This document shows positions 8,767 to 16,929 of a DNA stretch of 21,109 nucleotides, piece after piece (position 1 is the first letter of the stretch; the number at the start of each line of letters is the position of its first letter). The notes below the pieces were generated by a model. That model ran no database searches, was not told where the DNA came from, and was given only the letters and a program-made list of their open reading frames with translations. The DNA is from Elusimicrobiota bacterium (GTDB taxonomy: Bacteria; CG03; SLGR01; JBDRKX01): positions 1 through 21,109 of the forward strand of contig JBDRKX010000048.1 of the NCBI GenBank assembly GCA_043813605.1, in the 5' to 3' direction. The position numbers and the translations under genes were made by a program.

Positions 8767-9220
8767 TTTCAAGCTTCTCCTTAAGTTTTATCAGATACTC
8801 GCTTATTTCATCAAAAGACTCCCTGTACGCTTCCACGCCCAGCCCTATCGGATCGGATATATCCACATACTCGCCGGATACATATTCGCTGAGCATAAAT
8901 ACCTTCTCTTTCTCTTCAGGGAACCTGTATACAATTTCAACCTTATGCTCTTCTGTCATTGCAAGGACAAGATCCGTCTCTTTCATTATACCCATGTTTA
9001 ATAAACGCGGCTTGTGCCCGGAATAATCTATCCCTTTTTCGTCCATAACAGCTTTCAAATCCCCTATTATCGCATAATGCGGCATTGCTGCGGTACCGGC
9101 CGAATCTGCCAGAATACTTTCAATCGGGCTGGCTTCTATCATCTTTTTGAACGATCTTTCCGCCATAACACTCCTGCATGTGTTTCCGGTACATACGAAA
9201 GTGACCTTCCTTATTTGCAT
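8747..9220 (-). CDS. Low-molecular-weight protein phosphatase, YwlE-like (possibly a protein-arginine phosphatase)
   Basis: P-loop [17 protein letters not shown]. Lies between tsaC and glyA, as ywlE does in the Bacillus ywlC-ywlE-rpiB-glyA-upp order. Confidence 0.9.
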   Translation of the reverse strand: MQIRKVTFVCTGNTCRSVMAERSFKKMIEASPIESILADSAGTAAMPHYAIIGDLKAVMDEKGIDYSGHKPRLLNMGIMKETDLVLAMTEEHKVEIVYRFPEEKEKVFMLSEYVSGEYVDISDPIGLGVEAYRESFDEISEYLIKLKEKLENEFRNS

Positions 9221-9221
9221 A

Positions 9222-9746
9222 CTAATCTCTTATAACCCTTGCATTCCCGCCGCAGAGATTTATTATCTTTGACGGTTTTCCGCTGGGTTCGGCCGCAAAA
9301 TCCGCTATAATGTCCACTTTTTCTCTTATTTCTTCGGCTACTTCTTCAATGCGGCCGGGAGCTTCATCCCCGGATATATTGGCACTTGTCGCACAAAGCG
9401 GGCCTGTAATATCTATTACTTCTAATAACGGCTCGTAGTCCGGCATTCTAAAACCGACAGGACTCCCGTCCTTACCGCTCATTATAAGCGTTACAGCGCC
9501 GGGCCAGTACTTTGAGCAGGAATCTTCCAGCTCTGCGGTTTTATCTACCCTTTCCCAGACAGACTCGATCGAAGACACCAGCATGGCTAGAGGTTTATCT
9601 TGATTCCTGTTTTTTATTTCATATATGCGCCTGATAGCATCTTCATTATCGCAGCATGCGGCTATTCCGCATACAGTATCGGTCGGGACAAGCGCCACCC
9701 CGCCCATTTTGATCACTGATGCCGTCTTTTTTATTTTATCCTGCAT
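9222..9746 (-). CDS. tsaC: L-threonylcarbamoyladenylate synthase (single-domain TsaC/YrdC)
   Basis: PTDTVCG, IYEIKNR..DKPL, WPGAVT, TSANISG, PSKII. Confidence 0.95.
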   Translation of the reverse strand: MQDKIKKTASVIKMGGVALVPTDTVCGIAACCDNEDAIRRIYEIKNRNQDKPLAMLVSSIESVWERVDKTAELEDSCSKYWPGAVTLIMSGKDGSPVGFRMPDYEPLLEVIDITGPLCATSANISGDEAPGRIEEVAEEIREKVDIIADFAAEPSGKPSKIINLCGGNARVIRD

Positions 9747-9749
9747 TAT

Positions 9750-10913
9750 TCAGCTTAGATAATCTGCATTTATATTGACGTACTCTGGACTTAAATCGCA
9801 TGTGTACACAGTTGCTTCGCCGCTGCCCGAACCCAGGTCAATTTCAATATTATATTCCGCATTCTTCATCTCCTGCCTGATACTTGAAGCATTCTCTTCA
9901 ACCGGCTCTCCGTTTTTTATCCAGCTATGGCCGTTCAGGCTGAGATTGAATCTGTCCAGTGAAAAGGTTATGCCTGAAGCCCCTATAGCCGACACTATCC
10001 TTCCCCAGTTTGGTGATGCCCCATAGAAAGCGGTCTTACATAGAGGAGACCGGGAAATGGACCTTGAGGCTTTTTCTGCTTTACTATTATCTTCGGCCCC
10101 GTATACTCTGATCCTGATAAACTTTGTCGCTCCCTCCCCGTCTGCAGCTATTTTTTCCGTAAGACTGACACACACTCTTTCAAGGCATCCGTAGAAAGCA
10201 TTGAAATCACCGTCTTCCGAAGTAAGCTCTCTGTTCCCGGCTTTTCCTGAAGCCGCCAGGAAAACAGTATCATTTGTGCTTGTATCCCCGTCAACGGTCA
10301 GGCAGTTAAAACTAACATCCACAGCCCTTTTAAGAGCCTTACTCAGGAGGCCCTTATCTATATCGGCATCGGTACATATAAAAGCCAGCATCGTTGCCAT
10401 ATCCGGAGCTATCATACCGGCTCCCTTTGCAATACCCGCAATCTTTACTTTTTTTCCGCCTACTGCAACCTCTTCTTCTGATATTTTCCTGCATGTATCC
10501 GTTGTTAGTATAGTATCGGCAAATTCATACGGTTCAAGTGACTCACGTTTTGAGAGCAGCTCTTCTATTATTTCATCGGAGTAGGAGACCTGCCTCCCGA
10601 TAACCCCTGTTGAGGCTAGCAGTATTTCCTTTGTTTCTATGCCTAATCCTCTGCCCAATATTGAAACAAGTTTTTCCAGACGGCGGCGGCCTTCAGATCC
10701 CGTAGCGGCATTCGCGCTTCCTTTATTTACAAGAATTGCTTTATGCAGAGGATTACTTAAATTAGCCCGTGAAAATTCCACCGGGTGGGCGCAGCATGTG
10801 TTAGTGGTAAATACCGCAGCGACTCTCATGCCGCCGGGAACGTATATAAGACCGAAATTATTCTTTCCTTTTTCTCTTACGCTCGATATGTAAAATCCGG
10901 CCGGAAAATCCAT
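9750..10913 (-). CDS. argJ: Ornithine acetyltransferase / N-acetylglutamate synthase
   Basis: VFTTN, STGVIG, ILTTD, KGAGMIAPDMATML (autocleavage Thr), DGDTSTND, DGEGATK, NWGR. Confidence 0.97.
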   Translation of the reverse strand: MDFPAGFYISSVREKGKNNFGLIYVPGGMRVAAVFTTNTCCAHPVEFSRANLSNPLHKAILVNKGSANAATGSEGRRRLEKLVSILGRGLGIETKEILLASTGVIGRQVSYSDEIIEELLSKRESLEPYEFADTILTTDTCRKISEEEVAVGGKKVKIAGIAKGAGMIAPDMATMLAFICTDADIDKGLLSKALKRAVDVSFNCLTVDGDTSTNDTVFLAASGKAGNRELTSEDGDFNAFYGCLERVCVSLTEKIAADGEGATKFIRIRVYGAEDNSKAEKASRSISRSPLCKTAFYGASPNWGRIVSAIGASGITFSLDRFNLSLNGHSWIKNGEPVEENASSIRQEMKNAEYNIEIDLGSGSGEATVYTCDLSPEYVNINADYLS

Positions 10914-10918
10914 CCTGT

Positions 10919-11950
10919 CTATGTCAGGCCGATGGACTCTTCAAAACCGAAAGAGACGTTCATGTTCTGGACGGCCTGCCCGGCCGCTCCTTTGACAAGA
11001 TTATCTATAGCGGATATTGCCACTACGTTCTTGTTGCCCGGACCGGTAGCAACGCCTATACTGCAGTTGTTCGTATATAACACCTGGCACGTTTCCGGGA
11101 ACTTTCCAGGATCACAAATGTTGATGAATCTTTCATTAGAGTAATAATCCCGGTAAAGATCATACAGTTCGCCTGATTTCATCTCTTTTTTTAAAACAGT
11201 ATAAAGATTCGCAAGTATCCCGCGGAACATCGGTATCAGATGCGGGCAAAAGACTAGAGAATCCCACCCAGGTTCTGTAGTCTGGCCGAGGAAATCCAGT
11301 ATTTCCCCCATATGCCGGTGCATATTGACATTATAAGGAGTAAGGTTTTCATACCGCTTTGAAAAGATCAGTTCTTTGTCTACTTTTTTTCCTGCGCCGG
11401 ATATTCCTGATTTCGCATCGATAAAAACTGCGGAATCGAGCAGTTTCTCCGCCAGAAGAGGGTAGATGAGCAGTACTGCTGCAGTCGAATAACATCCCGG
11501 ATTCGCTATAATACGCGCATTTTTTATTTTTTCCCTGTTTATTTCAGGTAATCCGTATACGGCATCGGCTGCATTAGCGGGATCTTTATGCTCTGTTGCA
11601 TACCATTTGCTGTAATTACTGATATCGCTGAACCTGTAATCAGCGGACAGATCTACGATCAGCCGGGCCTTTGCTGTAAGTTCCGGCACGAATTCCATTG
11701 ACTTGGTATGAGGAAGCGCCAGAAAAACGGCATCTGTGCCTTCCGGGATATTATCAGGATGTGCCGCTTCAAGCTTCATAGAAAATGCCCCTTTCAGGAC
11801 CGGGTGAAGTTCTGAAATATCAATTCCCGCAAAACTTCTTGACAAAAGAGCGTTTATCTCTACTTTTTCGTGAGCGGCAAGAATTTTTACAAGTTCTCTA
11901 CCTGTAAATCCGCTTGCACCGATAATACTGACTTTTATTTTACTGTTCAT
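10919..11950 (-). CDS. argC: N-acetyl-gamma-glutamyl-phosphate reductase
   Basis: GASGFTG, LALPH, DLSADYR, YGLPE, ANPGCY, SGAG, DNLVKGAAGQAVQNMN. True start is likely ATG 11950 (MNSKIKV), with a 4-nt overlap with the upstream gene. Confidence 0.97.
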   Translation of the reverse strand: MNSKIKVSIIGASGFTGRELVKILAAHEKVEINALLSRSFAGIDISELHPVLKGAFSMKLEAAHPDNIPEGTDAVFLALPHTKSMEFVPELTAKARLIVDLSADYRFSDISNYSKWYATEHKDPANAADAVYGLPEINREKIKNARIIANPGCYSTAAVLLIYPLLAEKLLDSAVFIDAKSGISGAGKKVDKELIFSKRYENLTPYNVNMHRHMGEILDFLGQTTEPGWDSLVFCPHLIPMFRGILANLYTVLKKEMKSGELYDLYRDYYSNERFINICDPGKFPETCQVLYTNNCSIGVATGPGNKNVVAISAIDNLVKGAAGQAVQNMNVSFGFEESIGLT

Positions 11951-12519
11951 ATAGCTGATATTATAATCCCTATCAGAAAAAATACAAATGCGCCAGTCAA
12001 TACCAGGAATCCTATTATCCATGGCAGAACAAAAACGGTTAAAGAATCTCTTCCCGTGAGCCGGTAAAACCGGCTTATGATCTCTACCTGGAGCTGCGCC
12101 GCCCAAACTAACAATATAACTGAAAAAATCAAAAACAGTAACCAGCCGGTTATTTTACCGGCAAAAGCTTTCAGTATGAGCGCGATCGGGGCCGCAAGAC
12201 AGAACGGCGCGAAACCGTACGGCAGAGCCTTAATAAAGTACTTTCCCAAACCTTTACCGTCGAGCAGTTCCGCTGAAAAATGATACATGCAGCCCAGCAG
12301 CATGATAATCCCCCCCAGCATGACAAGTCTTGCGAGCAATCCCCATGTCATGGCATATACGAACACTGTATATGGCAGCCCGGGAAATATCGCCAGTCCG
12401 GATACAACTGAAACATTTGCCAACAGAAGAATTATAAACCCGCCGAATCCGGGATCTCCCCACGACATGTTATGTACGGCGTCTTCGGGCGAAACCAAAA
12501 GGTTAAATAACATTTCCAT
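11947..12519 (-). CDS. Yip1-like multi-pass membrane protein
   Basis: About five hydrophobic helices; N-terminal LLVSP, and LLDGKG..F...LPY pattern typical of Yip1 domains; immediately follows sppA. Confidence 0.7.
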   Translation of the reverse strand: MEMLFNLLVSPEDAVHNMSWGDPGFGGFIILLLANVSVVSGLAIFPGLPYTVFVYAMTWGLLARLVMLGGIIMLLGCMYHFSAELLDGKGLGKYFIKALPYGFAPFCLAAPIALILKAFAGKITGWLLFLIFSVILLVWAAQLQVEIISRFYRLTGRDSLTVFVLPWIIGFLVLTGAFVFFLIGIIISAI

Positions 12520-13458
12520 TCAGGGATTATACAGATAAGCCAGCCCTGATAATCTCTTCTGTCCGATTATTTCCGAAAGACTGCTTTTCTGGCTTATCAG
12601 TCTTAAAATACGATAGATGTTCGGCTGAGGTTGTTTAACAAGGACCGATTCTTCTATTCCTAAAAGTCTCTCCGCTCTTTCTTTGGCAACAGTAAGGTCT
12701 CCCGTAGTATCCGCAAGACCCAGTTTTTTTGCCATTCTCCCGGTAAATATCTGTCCTTTAGCCAGTTCTCTGACTTTTTTGTCCGGTATACCGCGGCCTT
12801 TACTGACTGCTGAAACGAATTGTTCATACGCATCATCCACAAGTTCGCCGAGCAGCTTTTTTTCCTCCTGGCTGAATGGGCGGTGAAAAGACCCTGCATC
12901 TTTGTAAGGTCCGCTTTTTATCGTTTCAATGTTCATCCCTATCTTTTTCATAAGTTCAGAAAAATCCGGCGAAACAAAAATAACACCTATGCTGCCCAAC
13001 ACGCTGCCGTCGTTCACTACAATCTCATCGCATGCGGAGGCGATATAATATCCCCCGGACGCGGCGATATCGGCAACAGATGCCACGACAGGCTTTCCGG
13101 CTTCTCTGAGCCTCGCGATCTCCTGCGTTATTTCCTGCACCGCGCCTATCGTACCGCCGGGACTGTTTATGCGGATGATAACCGCTTTGACCCTGTCGTC
13201 TTCCCTGTAACCTTTTAATGTATCCAGTGTATTCTGAAAGCCGGACTTTGACATAAACCCGCCTTCGGACGAAGCGTATATTTCTCCGTATATTTCTACT
13301 ATACCTATTGAGGGTTTCTTTGAGAACGACAGGCTCTTTCTCTTTATTAGTCTGCCGGCATTACTTACTTCTCTGTCTAATGCAAGATATACGGCTGAAA
13401 GGATGGATGCGAGAAGCAGTATCGTAAGAACCGCTCCGGCAATCCTTTTTTCCGGCAT
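12520..13458 (-). CDS. sppA: Signal peptide peptidase SppA (S49, short form)
   Basis: N-terminal TM; RINSPGG, AASGGYY, GSIGV, KSGPYKD, GQIFTG. Confidence 0.96.
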   Translation of the reverse strand: MPEKRIAGAVLTILLLASILSAVYLALDREVSNAGRLIKRKSLSFSKKPSIGIVEIYGEIYASSEGGFMSKSGFQNTLDTLKGYREDDRVKAVIIRINSPGGTIGAVQEITQEIARLREAGKPVVASVADIAASGGYYIASACDEIVVNDGSVLGSIGVIFVSPDFSELMKKIGMNIETIKSGPYKDAGSFHRPFSQEEKKLLGELVDDAYEQFVSAVSKGRGIPDKKVRELAKGQIFTGRMAKKLGLADTTGDLTVAKERAERLLGIEESVLVKQPQPNIYRILRLISQKSSLSEIIGQKRLSGLAYLYNP

Positions 13459-13459
13459 G

Positions 13460-13861
13460 TTAGCGTTTGGAATACTGGATACTCTTGCGGGCTTTGTGTC
13501 TTCCTACCTTTTTCCTTTCAACCATTCTGGCATCACGGGTAAGGTATCCGTTCGCACGCAGTATCTTCCTTGACTGTTCGTCTAGTTTTGCAAGTATACG
13601 GGAAATGCCCAGTCTGATAGCGCCGGCCTGACCGCTTTTTCCGCCGCCGCGCACATTTATCTTTACAAGACTTGTCTTATCTATACCGAGAAGCTTAAAA
13701 GGACTTAATGCTTCGTTAACGAGTTCCTGCCTCTTCCCGAAATAGTCATCTATAGACTTCTTATTAACGAGTATATTATCGCTCTTGCCCGTAAACATAA
13801 ACACCCGGGCAACCGCGGTTTTTCTTCTGCCTACTGCATTTATTTCATTCATTCCTGCCAT
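13460..13861 (-). CDS. rpsI: 30S ribosomal protein S9
   Basis: GRRKTAVARV, GGGKSGQAGAIR, LTRDARMVERKK, QYSKR. Start moved to ATG 13861, just past the rplM stop. Confidence 0.98.
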   Translation of the reverse strand: MAGMNEINAVGRRKTAVARVFMFTGKSDNILVNKKSIDDYFGKRQELVNEALSPFKLLGIDKTSLVKINVRGGGKSGQAGAIRLGISRILAKLDEQSRKILRANGYLTRDARMVERKKVGRHKARKSIQYSKR

Positions 13862-13862
13862 T

Positions 13863-14264
13863 TTATGTCTCCAGAGTCTCCGGATTCTGCGCAGCATGAG
13901 GATGCTCGCCGCCGGCATATATCTTCAGGCGCGTTATCATCCTGCTGCCCAGCTTGTTTTTCGGCAACATCCCTTTCACGGCATGATGCACTATGTATTC
14001 CGGGTTGTTTTTCTTTATATGCGCATAATCTATTATCTTGCTGTTCCCCGGATATTGTGACGCCTTGAAATAAGTTTTTTTCTGCTCCTTGCCGCCGGTC
14101 ACTTTTACCTTTTCAGCATCGGTTACAATAAGAAAATCGCCTTTATCTTCATGCCGGCTGAAATCCGTATTGGTCTTGCCCATTAATATGACCGCTGCTC
14201 TGGTTGCCAGACGCCCCAGGACTTTGTCTTTCGCGCTTATTATGTACCATTTTCTCTCTTTCAT
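13863..14264 (-). CDS. rplM: 50S ribosomal protein L13
   Basis: RKWY, LGRLA, GD..IV, AVKGMLPKNKLG, HPHAAQNP. Confidence 0.98.
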   Translation of the reverse strand: MKERKWYIISAKDKVLGRLATRAAVILMGKTNTDFSRHEDKGDFLIVTDAEKVKVTGGKEQKKTYFKASQYPGNSKIIDYAHIKKNNPEYIVHHAVKGMLPKNKLGSRMITRLKIYAGGEHPHAAQNPETLET

Positions 14265-14273
14265 AGTTTTTTA

Positions 14274-14301
14274 ATTCTATTAATTTATTTCTAAAAGTCA
14301 A
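14274..14301 (-). promoter_or_regulatory. sigma70 promoter of the rplM operon (near-leaderless)
   Basis: TTGACT (14301-14296), 16-nt spacer, TAGAAT (14279-14274). The ATG is 9 nt downstream and there is no SD. Confidence 0.65.
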
Positions 14302-14312
14302 ATAAATCAATG

Positions 14313-14389
14313 TGGGGTGAGTGACGGGGCTCGAACCCGCGACACCCGGGACCACAACCCGGTGCTCTGCCAACTGAGCTACACCCACC
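14313..14389 (-). tRNA. tRNA-His(GUG) with encoded G-1 and CCA
   Basis: Cloverleaf: acceptor GTGGGTG/CACTCAC, D-arm GCTC/GAGC, anticodon arm CCGGG-TTGTGGT-CCCGG, T-arm GCGGG-TTCGAGC-CCCGT, discriminator C, then CCA. Confidence 0.98.
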
Positions 14390-14473
14390 ACGTATATTCT
14401 TTTACGGTTTTTCTTAACCGGGAACCAATGAGGATAAATATCTATCCTCGGCTTATCCGATCTTTACTGGTGA

Positions 14474-14502
14474 ATTATACTACTTGTATAAAAAAAAATC
14501 AA
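14474..14502 (-). promoter_or_regulatory. sigma70 promoter of tRNA-His
   Basis: TTGATT (14502-14497), 17-nt spacer, TATAAT (14479-14474). Confidence 0.7.
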
Positions 14503-14507
14503 ACAGC

Positions 14508-14645
14508 ATACAGACGGAGGTTCAGTCCATAGAACTCTGTTTCTCCTGTAGTTTTAAAGACCGGTTCTACATCACATAAAACTACAGAGACCCCGCTCCT
14601 CCCCCCGAAGGGAGTTGCGGGGCCCCTGGAAAAGCCGTCCTGTAT
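14508..14645 (-). ncRNA. Unidentified structured RNA-like element (multi-stem, cUUCGg tetraloop)
   Basis: Closing stem ATACAGGACGG/CCGTCTGTAT, GC-rich hairpin with a UUCG loop, and stem CTGTAGTTTTA/TAAAACTACAG. G-U pairs favour the minus strand. Transcription is not shown. Confidence 0.45.
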
Positions 14646-14656
14646 AAAAGTCTACT

Positions 14657-15199
14657 CTATTGCCAGTCCTGTTTCGGCAGTGATTCTATTTTCTTCTTAG
14701 AACCACTATCATCAGTAGGGGCTTTCGGTTTTTCCGAACCATCCCCCTCGGCATCGTCCAGTATCTCATCCTGAACGGTCTCTGATCCATCTACAGAATC
14801 TCCCGCAGTTGTTTCGGATGACGGTGCTTGACTGTCACCTTCTTCTACATCGGGATCCTGTTCTTCCTCATCATTCGCATTTAATGCCGCGTTGATATCC
14901 ATATTGATCGCCGGCTGGCTGATATCAATATCCAAGTTAAGTGGAGTCACATCTACACCGGGAGAAACATTCATATCCAGTGCCGGCGCAATATCCATAG
15001 CCGGTACCGGAACGGATTCAACACTTGGCATCGTCACTGCAGACATATCGTTCATTACTGCCGGAGTTTCAAGTACTGGGGCATCTGCTACGGGGATCTT
15101 ATCCGGATCATGCACATCAAGTGCGTCATTGCCTTTAGCACATGTACGAGATACGCAGAACAGGGCAACGATTAATCCCATTACCATATACTTTTTCAT
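14657..15199 (-). CDS. Hypothetical exported acidic, Pro/Asp-rich low-complexity protein
   Basis: AGGAGG SD, signal peptide MKKYMVMGLIVALFC, and a D/E/P-rich body. Confidence 0.8.
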   Translation of the reverse strand: MKKYMVMGLIVALFCVSRTCAKGNDALDVHDPDKIPVADAPVLETPAVMNDMSAVTMPSVESVPVPAMDIAPALDMNVSPGVDVTPLNLDIDISQPAINMDINAALNANDEEEQDPDVEEGDSQAPSSETTAGDSVDGSETVQDEILDDAEGDGSEKPKAPTDDSGSKKKIESLPKQDWQ

Positions 15200-15328
15200 C
15201 AGGACCTCCTTTTTCTATACAAAGTTATTTGCCGTCTTCCACATATATTATAACGTATTATTGTGAGAAAAAACCATAAAATAGGTATACGTTTTGTAAA
15301 ATGTGATTCATTGTATATTACAACAATT

Positions 15329-16864
15329 TCAGTTTTTCGCTGATTTTAGTATATAATCAGCAAAAAATTCCGCCGCCGGCCGATGTCCGAACGATGTCAT
15401 ATGGACAAAATCCCACCATGCAATGCCTTTATCGTGGTTCTCTCTCATATACGAATGCAGGTCTATGACCGGAACACCCTCTTCTTTTCCGGCCCTGATC
15501 ATCACCTTATGGAGCTCAAGCACCCCGGTCCCGTTTTCAGGTGAATTAGCTTCAAGTACAAGCAGTGTATCTATGCTTTTCTGCCTGTTCAGGTTAATAA
15601 ATGCGGTTATATCCGTGTAAAAAGTATCCTCGTCTATCAGATTACTGGACAGATTTATAATAAGCAGTTTATGCCCGTATGACACCCATTTCTCATTGTA
15701 GTATTCAAATAACCGTGAAGAATCCGAACCCCGCACGCCCGCATTTATGCATTCAACATGTTTCCTTCCCGAAAATGTCCTGTTAAGTATTTTCTCTGTA
15801 AGATGTACGAATGTATCTTCTTCTTTAGCGGCGCCTTCCCCCCAGGTCTGTGAGCTCCCTATAAACATTACCCTCTCTGTGCCGGGACCCGGCGGCTCAG
15901 GATACTTTTCCTTCAGCATGATATCTATATAGTATTTTCGGTAGTCTCCGGTTCCGCCTCTCTAAAGAGCGCGGCTCTCACCTTGTCAATTATGCTGTCC
16001 TCTGCAGGATACCGGCCCGCAAAATATAATAACCGGTTAAAAGGACTATTCCCGCTACGACTGTCACCAGAAGCGTATTTGAAACGGTATTGAACATAAT
16101 AAATTTGGGGGATTTTTGCTTATGTGAATTTCTCCCCGCTACATAGAGGTTTGCCAGTGATACAAGGAGGAAAACAATAACAGCGTACCGGATCCAGTTT
16201 TTTCCGTTAAAAAAACCCTCCCTTTTGATCCCTGTCTTTTCTTCTATTGTCACATTGTCTATAAGCGCTCTTTTCAGCGACCCTCTGAAACCAAAAAAAT
16301 GTTCTCCGGTATCAGCTCCCTTAAATCTGGGTTCCGGGTTCCCGTTAATAAAAACAGGGAATCCCCCGTCCTTGAATTCTATCCTGAAATGGTTCCATTT
16401 CCCTCTTAATACACCTTTTAATCCTATCTCATTTTTTTCGATGAATTCACCGTCATCGAGTGCCTTAAAATAAACACTTTTAAAATCATTATTGAAACTG
16501 ATGCGTATACCGGAAAATCCTTTCTCATTTTTAGAAAAAATAAAATAAAAATAAGCGCCGGCATCTGCTAAAAAATCAAATTCTATGCTGAGCGGGTCTG
16601 TCTTTTTTTATAGACACCTTCCTGGCACCCGTGCCAGGCGCTCAAATCCAGCCGGTTTCGCGCAAGAGGCTGTCTTTTTTTAAAGAACTCGACCCCGCCG
16701 AGCCCGCGCATCTCGATATCGTTTTTAGCGGCATTCCACATGCCGTTATTTTCCAGCGTGTTACTGATAAACAGACAAAAGAGCGTTATCGTAACTGCCA
16801 GGACAGTCTGCATTACAATAATCACCGGAACAGCTTTTATGCAGGTTATTGAATCTCTTCTCAT
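15329..16864 (-). pseudogene. Frameshifted membrane-anchored SGNH/GDSL hydrolase gene (about 512 aa if restored)
   Basis: Track ORFs 16583..16864, 15990..16253 and 15329..15919 join into one reading frame with three 1-nt insertions. The C-terminal part has IGSSQTWG, INAGVRG and DFVH (SGNH blocks). Confidence 0.75.
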
Positions 16865-16929
16865 TTTTTTTATTAAAGCAAAAAGGGAGAATTCTTGCCC
16901 TGTCTAACGGGCGGAATATGCTTATTTGT

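Noticed and set aside
5848..13918. N-terminal extensions in the track for wecB (5886), wecA (6964), argC (12106) and rpsI (13918)
   Set aside because: The extensions overlap upstream genes and lack family similarity; downstream ATGs fit better.
14149..14532. ORFs 14149..14391 and 14317..14532
   Set aside because: They overlap tRNA-His and rplM and are translations of the tRNA sequence.
14508..14645. Structured element as SRP RNA, c-di-GMP-I riboswitch, hammerhead/twister ribozyme, group II intron end or CRISPR repeat
   Set aside because: The diagnostic conserved motifs are absent (SRP domain IV, GGCAAA..GAAA P2, CUGANGA core, D5 hairpin, repeat-spacer periodicity). Only AAAACTACAG superficially recalls c-di-GMP-I.
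16865..16929. Weak hairpin plus T-rich stretch after the deacetylase gene
   Set aside because: The stem is short and separated from the T-tract; insufficient support for a terminator.
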